Assembly (NCBI GenBank): GCA_035574035.1
Contig: DATLZL010000429.1
Span: forward strand, 1 to 53,979
Length of the DNA: 53,979 bases
Direction of reading: 5' to 3'
From: Candidatus Binatia bacterium
GTDB taxonomy: Bacteria > Methylomirabilota > Methylomirabilia > Rokubacteriales > CSP1-6
Below the pieces are notes generated by a model, which saw only the letters and a program-made list of their open reading frames with translations, ran no database searches and had not been told where the DNA came from. This document shows, piece after piece, positions 1 through 8,025 of this stretch. Each line of letters begins with the position of its first letter. Within the stretch, counting starts at the first letter, position 1. A program made the translations under genes and the position numbers.

Positions 1-1
1 G

Positions 2-277
2 GACGCGATGCCGGCCGGGGGCGAGCTCACGGTAGCCGCCGCCGTCCGCGACGGCCAGCTGGTGATCGAGGTCGCCGACACCGGCGAGGGCATCCCGCCC
101 GCCGACCTCCCCCATGTCCTCGAGCCGTTCTTCTCCACCAAGCCCGGCGGCAGCGGCCTGGGGCTGGCCATGGTGCACCGGATCGCGCAGGACCACGGCG
201 GCGACGTGAGCGTGGAGAGCACGCCCGGCCGGGGCACCCGCGTCGTCCTCCGCTTCCCCGACACGGTCGACCAGTGA
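2..277 (+). CDS. sensor histidine kinase, C-terminal ATPase (HATPase_c) fragment; 5' end lies outside the window; PilS-like by context
   Basis: The translation ...VIEVADTGEGIPPADLPHVLEPFFSTKPGGSGLGLAMVHRIAQDHGGDVSVESTPGRGT... carries the DxGxG and GxGLGL ATP-lid boxes. Its TGA stop overlaps the GTG start of the next gene (GTGA at 274-277). Confidence 0.85.
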   Translation, partial: DAMPAGGELTVAAAVRDGQLVIEVADTGEGIPPADLPHVLEPFFSTKPGGSGLGLAMVHRIAQDHGGDVSVESTPGRGTRVVLRFPDTVDQ

Positions 278-1674
278 AGCCGGCTCGCATCCTAGTCGTC
301 GACGACGAGCGCAGCATGCGCGACCTGCTGGCGATCACGCTCAAGCAGGCCGGGCACGACGTCGTGCTCGCCGACGGCGGCGCGGAGGCCGTGGAGGCTC
401 TCCGCTCGGACGCCTTCGACCTCATCATCACCGACCTTCGCATGCACAAGGTGGACGGCCTCGGCGTCCTGCGGGCAGCGCGGGAACACTCCTCGGACAC
501 GGTGGTGCTCGTCGTGACGGCCTACGCGTCCACCGAGACGGCGGTGGAGGCGATGAAGCTCGGCGCCTACGACTACCTCACCAAGCCGTTCAAGCTCGAC
601 GAAATGCGCCTCACCGTCGACAAGGCGCTCGAGCGCAAACGCCTGCACGACGAGAACAAGGCGCTGCGCCGCGAACTCGCCCGCGAGCGCGGCCGGACGA
701 GGTTCGTCGGTCGCAGCGTGGCGATGCTGGGGGTGCTCGAAACCATCCGAAAGGCGGCCGAGTCGACCTCGACCGTCATGATCACCGGCGAGAGCGGGAC
801 AGGCAAGGAACTGGTGGCCCATGCGATCCACCAGGAAGGCCCGCGACGCGACGGCCCGTTCGTCTCCGTCAACTGCGGCGCGATCCCCGAGACTTTGATG
901 GAGTCCGAGCTGTTCGGGCACGTCAAAGGCGCGTTCACCGGCGCCGTGGCCAGTACCCCTGGTCTCTTCGCCGCCGCAGACGGTGGGACCCTGTTCCTCG
1001 ACGAGATCACGGAGATACCCGTCTCCGTACAGGTGAAGCTCCTCCGGGCCGTCCAGCAACGCGAGATCCGCCGGGTCGGGGACACGCGGGACACCAGGGT
1101 CGACGTCCGTCTGATCGCCGCCTCCAATCGCGACCTCGCCCGGGCGGTGGCGGAGGGCGCGCTGCGCGAGGACCTCTTCTACCGGCTGAATGTCATCCCG
1201 ATTCATTTGCCTCCCCTGCGCGAGCGCCGGGAGGACATTCCCCTTCTCGTGGCGCACTTCATCGACAAGGTTTCACACACGCTGGGGCGGATGCCGAAGC
1301 CGGTTACCCCGGAGGCCATGGCGGCCCTCGAGCGCTATCACTGGCCGGGCAACATCCGCGAGCTTGAGAACGTCATCGAGCGAGCGATCGTGCTCGGCAG
1401 CGGCGAGAGTCTCGACCTCGACGCCCTGCCCCCTGCGATTCTCACCCCGCGCGCCGACGACGGCCTGTCGCTCGACATTCCCCCCCAGGGCCTCAAGCTC
1501 GACGAGTTACTCGACCGCATCGAGCAGCGTTATCTGGAACTGGCTCTCCGACGCACGGGCGGCGTGCAGACACGGGCGGCTGCTCTGCTGGGTCTCTCGT
1601 TCCGCCAGTTCCGCTACAAGCTGCAGAAGCATCTCCAGCGCACCGGCCGGAACAGCGCCCATTGTCCGGAGTGA
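274..1674 (+). CDS. pilR: sigma-54-dependent response regulator (NtrC family; PilR-like by position upstream of the pilin gene)
   Basis: It has a REC domain (ILVVDDE...IITDLRMHKVDG). The AAA+ domain has Walker A GESGTGKE and a canonical GAFTGA loop at 928-945. A C-terminal Fis-type HTH is present (AAALLGLSFRQFRYKL). The gene is translationally coupled to the upstream kinase. Confidence 0.9.
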   Translation: MKPARILVVDDERSMRDLLAITLKQAGHDVVLADGGAEAVEALRSDAFDLIITDLRMHKVDGLGVLRAAREHSSDTVVLVVTAYASTETAVEAMKLGAYDYLTKPFKLDEMRLTVDKALERKRLHDENKALRRELARERGRTRFVGRSVAMLGVLETIRKAAESTSTVMITGESGTGKELVAHAIHQEGPRRDGPFVSVNCGAIPETLMESELFGHVKGAFTGAVASTPGLFAAADGGTLFLDEITEIPVSVQVKLLRAVQQREIRRVGDTRDTRVDVRLIAASNRDLARAVAEGALREDLFYRLNVIPIHLPPLRERREDIPLLVAHFIDKVSHTLGRMPKPVTPEAMAALERYHWPGNIRELENVIERAIVLGSGESLDLDALPPAILTPRADDGLSLDIPPQGLKLDELLDRIEQRYLELALRRTGGVQTRAAALLGLSFRQFRYKLQKHLQRTGRNSAHCPE

Positions 1675-1781
1675 CGCTTTTCGTCACCTGCCCTGCCATC
1701 GCCGGTCAGCTTGCCCAGCGGTGGCGGCACCCGATGGTCGGCAAGTCGTCGAAACCTCGAGCCGGGGTCACTTGTACGGTC

Positions 1782-1797
1782 TGGCATCCGCCCTGCA
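1782..1797 (+). promoter_or_regulatory. sigma-54 (-24/-12) promoter for the pilin gene
   Basis: TGGCATccgccCTGCA has GG and GC at exactly the spacing of the consensus TGGCAC-N5-TTGC. It lies 55 nt upstream of the pilA ATG and just downstream of a sigma-54 activator gene. Confidence 0.7.
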
Positions 1798-1851
1798 ACC
1801 CCCCGGAGCCGATGCGACCGGTCGGCAACTCGAAGCAAAAAGGGGGAGCGA

Positions 1852-2259
1852 ATGATCACGTTCTGGCACAAGAGGCGTCGTTTCGGTAATCAGCAGGGTT
1901 TCACGCTCGTCGAGCTGATGGTCGTGGTGGCGATCATCGGTATCCTGGCCGCCATCGCCATCCCGCTGTACGCCAACATCCAGGCCCGGGCCCGCATCGC
2001 CAAAGCCCAGGCCGACGTCCGGTCACTCGCGTCGGCGGTGATGATGTACTCGGCCCACATGGGAGTCATCCCGGCCGCGCTGGCCGACCTCACCAGCCCG
2101 GCAACCAACGCACAGAATCAGGTCGCGGGGCCGTTCATGGCCGCCATCCCGCAGCCGCCGAGCACGGCCTGGAGCGCGTACAACTACGCTCCGAACACCT
2201 CGGCGGGAACGTTCGCGATCACCGCTGCGGGTGACGGCGTCACCGTCAGCGTTCCGTAG
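1852..2259 (+). CDS. pilA: type IV major pilin / GspG-like prepilin (135 aa)
   Basis: An internal ATG at 1852 is preceded by an AAAAAGGGGGAG RBS. The N-terminus MITFWHKRRRFGNQQG|FTLVELMVVVAIIGILAAIAIPLY has the prepilin cleavage/methylation motif (G-1, F+1, E+5). The upstream 47 codons of track ORF 1711..2259 are Arg/Ser/Pro-rich and overlap the promoter. Confidence 0.9.
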   Translation: MITFWHKRRRFGNQQGFTLVELMVVVAIIGILAAIAIPLYANIQARARIAKAQADVRSLASAVMMYSAHMGVIPAALADLTSPATNAQNQVAGPFMAAIPQPPSTAWSAYNYAPNTSAGTFAITAAGDGVTVSVP

Positions 2260-2271
2260 CGTTCGCTTCTC

Positions 2272-2309
2272 CGCCCGCGCGCGAGGCTTCCCGGCTTCGC
2301 GCGCGGGCG
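2272..2309 (+). terminator. GC-rich stem-loop downstream of pilA (putative intrinsic terminator/attenuator; no U-tract)
   Basis: A perfect 13-bp inverted repeat, CGCCCGCGCGCGA (2272-2284) and TCGCGCGCGGGCG (2297-2309), flanks a 12-nt loop. It starts 13 nt after the pilA stop codon. Confidence 0.55.
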
Positions 2310-2349
2310 AGCCGTCAAGGCTCCGATAAGACGCACCGAGCTCTCCAGC

Positions 2350-4257
2350 GTGAATCAGACCCTCCTCCTACCAGGGTTGAACCCCTTTCCTGCGCTGGCG
2401 CGCCTCTGGTCCTACACGCGCTTACCGAGCCTGGCTGGCGTTCCAGTCCTGGTGGCCGGCATAACGTTCGGTGTCTTTGCCCCATCCCTCTGGCATGGGT
2501 TCGTTAACTGGGACGATACCGCCAACTTCGTCGAGAATCGCCACTATCGGGGACTCGGGTGGGTGAACATTCGGTGGATGGCGACGACATTTCTCATGGG
2601 TCAGTGGATACCGTTGACGTGGTTGACTTTGGGACTTGACTACGTGCTATGGGGGATGGATCCCTTCGGCTATCACCTCACCAACATCCTTCTCCACTGT
2701 GCCACGGCCGTGGCCTTGTACTTCCTGTCCCGTCGCCTGATCGCTCTATCGATCCCCTTCCGGGAGGGCGACGCGCTGACGATCGCGGCTCTGGCGTCCA
2801 CGCTCTTTTTCGCCATTCACCCGCTAAGAGCCGAGTCGGTCGCCTGGGTCACCGAGCGACGGGACGTACTTTCCGGCTTGTTCTTCGTGCTGGCCCTGCT
2901 CGGCTACCTGCGAGCCCGCTCGGGCGGGCCGCGGTCTGGCGCCTGGCTGCTGGCTTCGCTCGGCTGCTACCTGCTCGCCGCTCTGGCGAAGTCAATCGTG
3001 GCCACCCTTCCGGTGGTGCTCCTGCTGCTCGACCTCTACCCCCTGAGAAGGATCAAGCCCGGCGACTGGCGCACGCGCACTGGTATCAGGCTCGTTTTGG
3101 AAAAGGCCCCGTACTTCGCCATCGCGCTGAGCACCGGCCTCATGGCCATCTGGGCTCAACGATCCAACAACTTCCTGACCTCTCTCGACCGGCTGTCGGT
3201 GGCGGACCGGATCATCGTGGCCATCTACAGTGTGTGGTTCTATTTCGCCAAGACCGTCCTGCCGAGCAGTCTCTCGCCCCTCTACGAGCTGCCAGCCCGA
3301 GTGGAACTCAGCGAGCCGCGGTTTCTCGGCTCGGCTGTCGGCACCCTCGTCCTGAGTACCATCGTGCTGGCCACTGGCCGCCGGCATCCCGCGGTCCTGG
3401 TTGCCTGGCTCGCGTACCTCGTCATCCTCGCGCCCGTGAATGGGCTGTTGCACAATGGACACCAATTGACTCACGACCGGTACAGTTACCTCTCGTGCCT
3501 GCCCTTAGCCTTGATGTTCGGTGCTGGTGTCGGCCGGGTATTGCAGGCGGGCCGAGGAAATCTTCTCCGCCCTGCCGTGGCAAGAGCGGCCCTTGTGACG
3601 GCAGCGGCGTGGCTCGTGGCACTCGGCATTCTGACCGCGCAGCAGGTCGGGATCTGGCGGGACGACGACACGCTATGGCGCCATGCGCTCGAGAGTGACC
3701 CCGCCTGCTCGATCTGCCACATCAATCTGGGGATCACGCTCGCCAATCAGGGTCTACCTGGGCTTGCCATTGGGCAGTTCGAGCGAGCGCTCGCCCTGCG
3801 CCCCGACCGAGTCCGGACCCACGGAAACATCGGGACAACCCTGTTGCAGGCGGGACGGCCCGCCGACGCTCTCGCCCGGTTTCAGAAGGTGCTCGCTCGA
3901 TACCCTGACGACAACAACACGCGCAACAACGTCGCGGTCTGCCTCCTTCAACTCGGCCGACGGGACGAAGCTTTGGCCGAGCTGCGAGCCATCCTCGAGC
4001 GGGATCCGCGCCATGTCCTGGCTCGCGCGAATCTTGGCGTCGCACTCGTCGAAGATCACCGACTGGAGGAGGGCACCGCGCTGCTCGAAGAGGTGCTCGC
4101 CGACAAGCAGGACCAAGCCCAGGCCCGAGCCGGCCTCGTCCGGGGATATCTTGCTCTCAACCGGAACGACGCCGCGCTTTCTGCGCTCGAGGCGCTTCGC
4201 GCGACCGATCCCCGCGCCGCGAACCAACTCGAAGGCCTGCTCATCCCCACCTGGTAG
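2350..4257 (+). CDS. polytopic GT-C-fold glycosyltransferase-like membrane protein (PMT_2/TMTC-like N-terminal domain) with C-terminal TPR repeats
   Basis: The protein is 635 aa. The N-terminal ~430 aa contain many hydrophobic spans and an acidic first-loop motif (FVNWDDTANFVENRHY) typical of GT-C / TMTC-like enzymes. The C-terminal ~190 aa are TPR-like (NLGITLANQGLPGLAIGQFERALALRPD..., ARFQKVLARYPDD..., ELRAILERDPRH...). The start codon is GTG. Confidence 0.7.
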   Translation: MNQTLLLPGLNPFPALARLWSYTRLPSLAGVPVLVAGITFGVFAPSLWHGFVNWDDTANFVENRHYRGLGWVNIRWMATTFLMGQWIPLTWLTLGLDYVLWGMDPFGYHLTNILLHCATAVALYFLSRRLIALSIPFREGDALTIAALASTLFFAIHPLRAESVAWVTERRDVLSGLFFVLALLGYLRARSGGPRSGAWLLASLGCYLLAALAKSIVATLPVVLLLLDLYPLRRIKPGDWRTRTGIRLVLEKAPYFAIALSTGLMAIWAQRSNNFLTSLDRLSVADRIIVAIYSVWFYFAKTVLPSSLSPLYELPARVELSEPRFLGSAVGTLVLSTIVLATGRRHPAVLVAWLAYLVILAPVNGLLHNGHQLTHDRYSYLSCLPLALMFGAGVGRVLQAGRGNLLRPAVARAALVTAAAWLVALGILTAQQVGIWRDDDTLWRHALESDPACSICHINLGITLANQGLPGLAIGQFERALALRPDRVRTHGNIGTTLLQAGRPADALARFQKVLARYPDDNNTRNNVAVCLLQLGRRDEALAELRAILERDPRHVLARANLGVALVEDHRLEEGTALLEEVLADKQDQAQARAGLVRGYLALNRNDAALSALEALRATDPRAANQLEGLLIPTW

Positions 4258-4260
4258 CGT

Positions 4261-5022
4261 ATGGCGCTCGGCATCACTTTCCTCGGACTCGTGATCGGCA
4301 GCTTTCTCAATGTCGTGATCGTCCGGCTGCCGGCTGGAAGAAGCCTCTGGCGTCCCGGCTCGACCTGCCCGACCTGCGGCGCCGCCATCGCCTGGCACGA
4401 CAACCTCCCTGTCCTCTCCTTCGTCCTCCTTCGGGGACGGTGCCGCGCCTGCCGGGCGGCGATCTCGTGGCGCTACCCGGCGGTAGAGCTGACGACCGCC
4501 GGCCTGTTCGCCCTGGCCTATGCGCGGTTCGGCCTCACGGCCGAGTTCGGGCTGGCCGCCGTGCTACTGGCGGCCCTCGTGGCGATCACCGTCATCGACC
4601 TCCAGCACCAGGTGATCCCGGACGTGATCACCCTGCCCGGTGTCGTCGGGGGCTTCGTCGCCAACCTCGCCCTCGGCCGGATCGGATGGCTGGATGCGGC
4701 GCTGGGTGTCCTCGTCGGCGGTGGAATCTTCTGGGTCGTCCTCCAGGGCAGCCTCCTGATCTTGGGGCAGGAGGGAATGGGCGGGGGCGACGTCAAGCTC
4801 GGCGCGATGCTGGGCGCCTTCCTCGGCTGGCAGGCCACGCTCGTGGCGGTCTTCCTGGCGGTCGTGGGCGGCGGCCTGGTCGCCCTCGTCCTGCTCGGCC
4901 TCAACCTTGCCGGGCGTAAAGACCCGATCCCGTTCGGACCGTTCCTGGCCGCCGCGGGGGCCACGGCTTTGCTGTGGGGTGACAGGCTCATGGCCTGGTA
5001 CTTTGCCGGTCTGAGAGGCTGA
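4261..5022 (+). CDS. pilD: prepilin peptidase / N-methyltransferase (A24 family)
   Basis: The N-terminal Zn-finger-like CPTCGAAI...CRACR motif is present. Both catalytic-Asp contexts are present (VIDLQHQVIPD and GMGGGDVKLGAMLGAFLG). The protein has multiple TM helices. Confidence 0.93.
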   Translation: MALGITFLGLVIGSFLNVVIVRLPAGRSLWRPGSTCPTCGAAIAWHDNLPVLSFVLLRGRCRACRAAISWRYPAVELTTAGLFALAYARFGLTAEFGLAAVLLAALVAITVIDLQHQVIPDVITLPGVVGGFVANLALGRIGWLDAALGVLVGGGIFWVVLQGSLLILGQEGMGGGDVKLGAMLGAFLGWQATLVAVFLAVVGGGLVALVLLGLNLAGRKDPIPFGPFLAAAGATALLWGDRLMAWYFAGLRG

Positions 5023-5216
5023 CCGCCCGTATCACCTCGCTGCGCCAGAACCGTGGGCACCCCGCCCACCGTGGCAGGCAGGCCGGTGCCAGTCTGGCCC
5101 GTGTCGAGCACTCGCCGGAGCTCGGGCCGGACGAAGCCGTCGGGGCCGATCGTGCAACACCCCGGGAAATCGAGCGAATCCCACCATCGTGGCGAGGCAC
5201 CGGTGGCTCCGCGGTC

Positions 5217-5232
5217 TGGCGCCCCCCTTGCT
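5217..5232 (+). promoter_or_regulatory. sigma-54 (-24/-12) promoter for the minor-pilin operon
   Basis: TGGCGCcccccTTGCT closely matches TGGCAC-N5-TTGCW. It lies 49 nt upstream of the ATG at 5281, inside the 258-bp pilD/minor-pilin intergenic region. A GGGGAGG RBS follows at about 5263. Confidence 0.65.
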
Positions 5233-5280
5233 TGATTCCACGTCGACGTCTCCAGCGACCTGGGGAGGTGCTCAGCCCTG

Positions 5281-5760
5281 ATGTTCGGATCGGCCCGTCG
5301 GGCTCGGCAGGAGCGTGGATTCTCGGCGGCCGAGCTGCTGGTCGTCGTGGCCGTGATCGGGGTCCTCGCCGCCGTCGCCGTGCCGTACTTCCTGTCGTAC
5401 TGGCGGGCGGCGGCGCTGAGAGCCGGGGCGGAGGAGCTGGCGGCCGTCCTAAACGACGCCCGTCAGCTCGCGATCAGTCGGAACCGGAGCGTGTGCGTGA
5501 GCAACGACGGGACGCGGGTCCGCTTTCACCTCGACAACTGCGCAGGTGCGGCGATCACGCGATCCGGATCGGACGGACAGGGGTGGATCACGTTGACCAA
5601 CGGCCAGCGCGTGAGCGGCAGCACAGCGAACGTCACCTTCAACTACCTCGGCGCGGCGACCACCGCTGCGACGTACACGGTCCAGAACCCGAACGGCAAC
5701 TCGACGCTGTGCGTCGTCGTGGCCGCCTCGGGTCGGGTCAGGATCGGCCCATGCTCGTGA
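5281..5760 (+). CDS. minor pilin, GspH/FimT-like
   Basis: MFGSARRARQERG|FSAAELLVVVAVIGVLAAVAVPYF is a prepilin motif with E+5. The GspH-like body reads ...ELAAVLNDARQLAISRNRSVCV.... Confidence 0.8.
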   Translation: MFGSARRARQERGFSAAELLVVVAVIGVLAAVAVPYFLSYWRAAALRAGAEELAAVLNDARQLAISRNRSVCVSNDGTRVRFHLDNCAGAAITRSGSDGQGWITLTNGQRVSGSTANVTFNYLGAATTAATYTVQNPNGNSTLCVVVAASGRVRIGPCS

Positions 5761-6254
5761 ACGACCGCGGCCTCACGCTGGCGGAGATCCTGGTGGCCCT
5801 GGCCATCGTGGGCATCGGGCTCGTCGGCCTGCTGGCGATCGTTCCGGTCGCCACCTACGGCGTCCAGGAGGGCAGTCAGCTCTCCACCGCGACGTTCCTC
5901 GCCGAGCAGGGCCTGGAGCAGGTCCGCAACGCAGTGTGGACACAGGTCCGGAATCTGGACTGCCTCGGCGTCGGCCCCACCGCCGCGCCCACATCGACCC
6001 GCTGCGACCGCAGTCCGTGCGCCCTCGACGCCGGGTGTACCACCTTCCCCGACGAGCCGAGCGTCACGGGCTACCCCGCGTACAGCCGCGAGGTGCGTGT
6101 CATCGACTGCGGGACGACGGCGTGCGGAGGTGTAGTGGATTCCAATCTGCGGCTGGCCATCGTCAACGTCTCCTACCGGCCGATGACGGCCAGGGGTGTG
6201 GCCTCGACGCCCAAGACCGTACGGCTCAGCCTGCTGATCGCCAAGCGCCAGTGA
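5751..6254 (+). CDS. minor pilin, PilV/GspI-like
   Basis: An internal ATG at 5751 overlaps the upstream stop (ATGCTCGTGA). MLVNDRG|LTLAEILVALAIVGIGLVGLL is a prepilin motif with E+5. The N-terminal 173 codons of track ORF 5232..6254 overlap the previous gene in another frame and look non-coding. Confidence 0.8.
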   Translation: MLVNDRGLTLAEILVALAIVGIGLVGLLAIVPVATYGVQEGSQLSTATFLAEQGLEQVRNAVWTQVRNLDCLGVGPTAAPTSTRCDRSPCALDAGCTTFPDEPSVTGYPAYSREVRVIDCGTTACGGVVDSNLRLAIVNVSYRPMTARGVASTPKTVRLSLLIAKRQ

Positions 6255-6808
6255 AGAGCCGCGGGTTCACGCTCGCCGAGTTGCTGGTCGCCCTGGCCGT
6301 GCTGGGCATCCTCATGGCCGGCGTGGTGACCCTCCAGCGGCAGGGGCAGTTCGCCTATCTCTGGGGAGCCGCCCGGGTGGAGGCCCAGCAGGGCGCCCGG
6401 GCCGGCCTGGACCGCATGCTGGAGGAGTTGCGGCTGGCCGGGACGATCACCGCCGCCCCGAACTGCGACAACGCGACGACCGGCGCTCGCGACATCACTT
6501 TCCAGTTCATCGACGAGACCGGGGCCAGCGTCACGGTGCGCTACGACCTGAGCGGTACCGATCTCCGCCGGAACCAGACCGCCCCGGTCCCGCCCACCCC
6601 GCAGCCCGAGGTCGTGATGGACGGCGTGCAGGACCTGAAGATCTGGTGCCTGGCCAGTAACGAGCAGCGCACCGCCGTCCTGGCCAACGTGCGCAGCGTT
6701 GTCGTGTCGGTCAGCGTCGCCTCGAACGAGATCGTGTCGGCGTCCTCGCCGTACCGCCAGTATTCGCTCCTCCAGTCGCGCGTGCGGCTGAGGAACGCCG
6801 CCAACTGA
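6251..6808 (+). CDS. minor pilin, PilW/GspJ-like
   Basis: The GTG at 6251 overlaps the upstream stop (GTGA). VKSRG|FTLAELLVALAVLGILMAGVV is a prepilin motif with E+5. Confidence 0.8.
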   Translation: MKSRGFTLAELLVALAVLGILMAGVVTLQRQGQFAYLWGAARVEAQQGARAGLDRMLEELRLAGTITAAPNCDNATTGARDITFQFIDETGASVTVRYDLSGTDLRRNQTAPVPPTPQPEVVMDGVQDLKIWCLASNEQRTAVLANVRSVVVSVSVASNEIVSASSPYRQYSLLQSRVRLRNAAN

Positions 6809-8025
6809 TGGAGAACCGTATGAGCCAGCGTGGAATCGCCTTGCCGACCGCCCTCATCGCCCTGGTGATCCTCACCGCCCTGGTCGTGGCGTTCGTCACC
6901 CTGGCCGGGAACGAGCCGGTCATCGCCGGCAACCACCTGCGGAGCACCGAGGCGCTGGCCCTGGCCGAGTCGGGGGTCGAGCGCTCGATCTGGGCCCTCG
7001 GCCCCTTCCTCGGGCCGCATCCGGGAGGCGCCCCCGTCCAGCCGCTCTTCGATGTCCCCCGCGGAAACGCGACCGCTCCCTGGGACGGCAGCATGCTGAT
7101 GGCCCAGGCTCCCGCGTCCGACCCGACGATCATCGGAGGGTACGCCGTCCGCCTGACCCCGGGCACCCGGGCCAACGAAGTCAACGTGGAGAGCACCGGC
7201 TGGACCCCGAACCAGACCAACCCGGCCGGCAAGCGGATCATCCGGGTGACCGTGCAGTCCTTCGCCGGCCGGTTCGACCCGCCGGGCCCCCTGAACGTGA
7301 ACGGCGAGGTCGACGTCCGCGGCAACGCGAGCATCCAGGCTACCGGCAACCGCTGCCATCAGGCCTCGCCGGCCAACGGGACCTACTCGGCGGGCCGGAC
7401 GCAAGTCGGCGGCAGCGCCCAGATCTGCGCCAACGGCAGCTGCTCGACGCGGACGTGCAACAGTCCGAGCTGCGTGGAGTACGCCGCCGACGCCCCGCAG
7501 ACCTTCCAGAACCTCCGGTTCACGCAGCGCGAGCTGGACATGCTCAAGGCCATGGCCCGCGAGAACGGGACGTACTGGGGCCCCGGCCAGCTCGGGCCCA
7601 ACCCGGGGAGTTACAACGGAAGCGTGAATTTCACGAACGTCCCGAGCGGCGTCGTCTTCATCGACACCAGGAGCGGCAACCCGCCCAGCGCCTCGAACCC
7701 CTCGGACCTCGCCTCGGTCCGGATCACCGGGGACCAGGCCGCGGGCTGGATCATCGTCATGGGCTCGCTCGACGTCGCCGGCAACACGAACTTCCGCGGC
7801 CTCCTCTACGTCATGGACGACCTCACGGCCGGCAACGGTACGGCGAGCATTTACGGCGCCGTGATCGCCCACAACATCAACAACTCGAACGGCTCGGCCA
7901 TCGACACCTCGGCGAACGGCAACATCACGATCAGCTACGACTGCCAGGCGATGGACACGGGTGGTGGGCAGATTCCCCAGGGCTTCGTGGTCCAGCCCGG
8001 GACATGGCGTCTGATCTCCGGCTGA
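6808..8025 (+). CDS. large PilX-N-domain minor pilin (GspK-like tip subunit candidate), 405 aa
   Basis: The ATG overlaps the upstream TGA (TGATG); an alternative in-frame ATG is at 6820. The N-terminus ...MSQRG|IALPTALIALVILTALVVAFV is a PilX-type hydrophobic helix with Thr instead of Glu at +5. The body is Gly/Asn-rich with 6 Cys. Confidence 0.75.
   Translation: MENRMSQRGIALPTALIALVILTALVVAFVTLAGNEPVIAGNHLRSTEALALAESGVERSIWALGPFLGPHPGGAPVQPLFDVPRGNATAPWDGSMLMAQAPASDPTIIGGYAVRLTPGTRANEVNVESTGWTPNQTNPAGKRIIRVTVQSFAGRFDPPGPLNVNGEVDVRGNASIQATGNRCHQASPANGTYSAGRTQVGGSAQICANGSCSTRTCNSPSCVEYAADAPQTFQNLRFTQRELDMLKAMARENGTYWGPGQLGPNPGSYNGSVNFTNVPSGVVFIDTRSGNPPSASNPSDLASVRITGDQAAGWIIVMGSLDVAGNTNFRGLLYVMDDLTAGNGTASIYGAVIAHNINNSNGSAIDTSANGNITISYDCQAMDTGGGQIPQGFVVQPGTWRLISG

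Noticed and set aside
5053-5235. A 60-aa ORF, plus antisense ORFs at 4988..5241, in the 258-bp pilD/minor-pilin intergenic region
   Set aside because: There is no RBS and no recognisable motif, and the composition is Pro/Arg/Ser-rich. The region is better explained as the regulatory region (sigma-54 promoter plus presumed activator sites). A small GTGGGC-acccc-GCCCAC hairpin at 5053-5069 may be a weak pilD terminator.
5232-5750. N-terminal extensions proposed by the ORF track, here for the PilV-like gene. The same applies to 5936..6250, 7455..8003, 16814..16951, 19039..19368, 19458..20063, 21542..22297, 22696..23532, 25932..26486, 47658..48365 and 48776..49030
   Set aside because: The extended parts overlap the preceding well-supported gene in another frame and translate to Arg/Pro/Gly-rich sequence. 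The recognisable homology, signal peptide or prepilin motif begins at an internal start, often with an RBS or a start/stop overlap.
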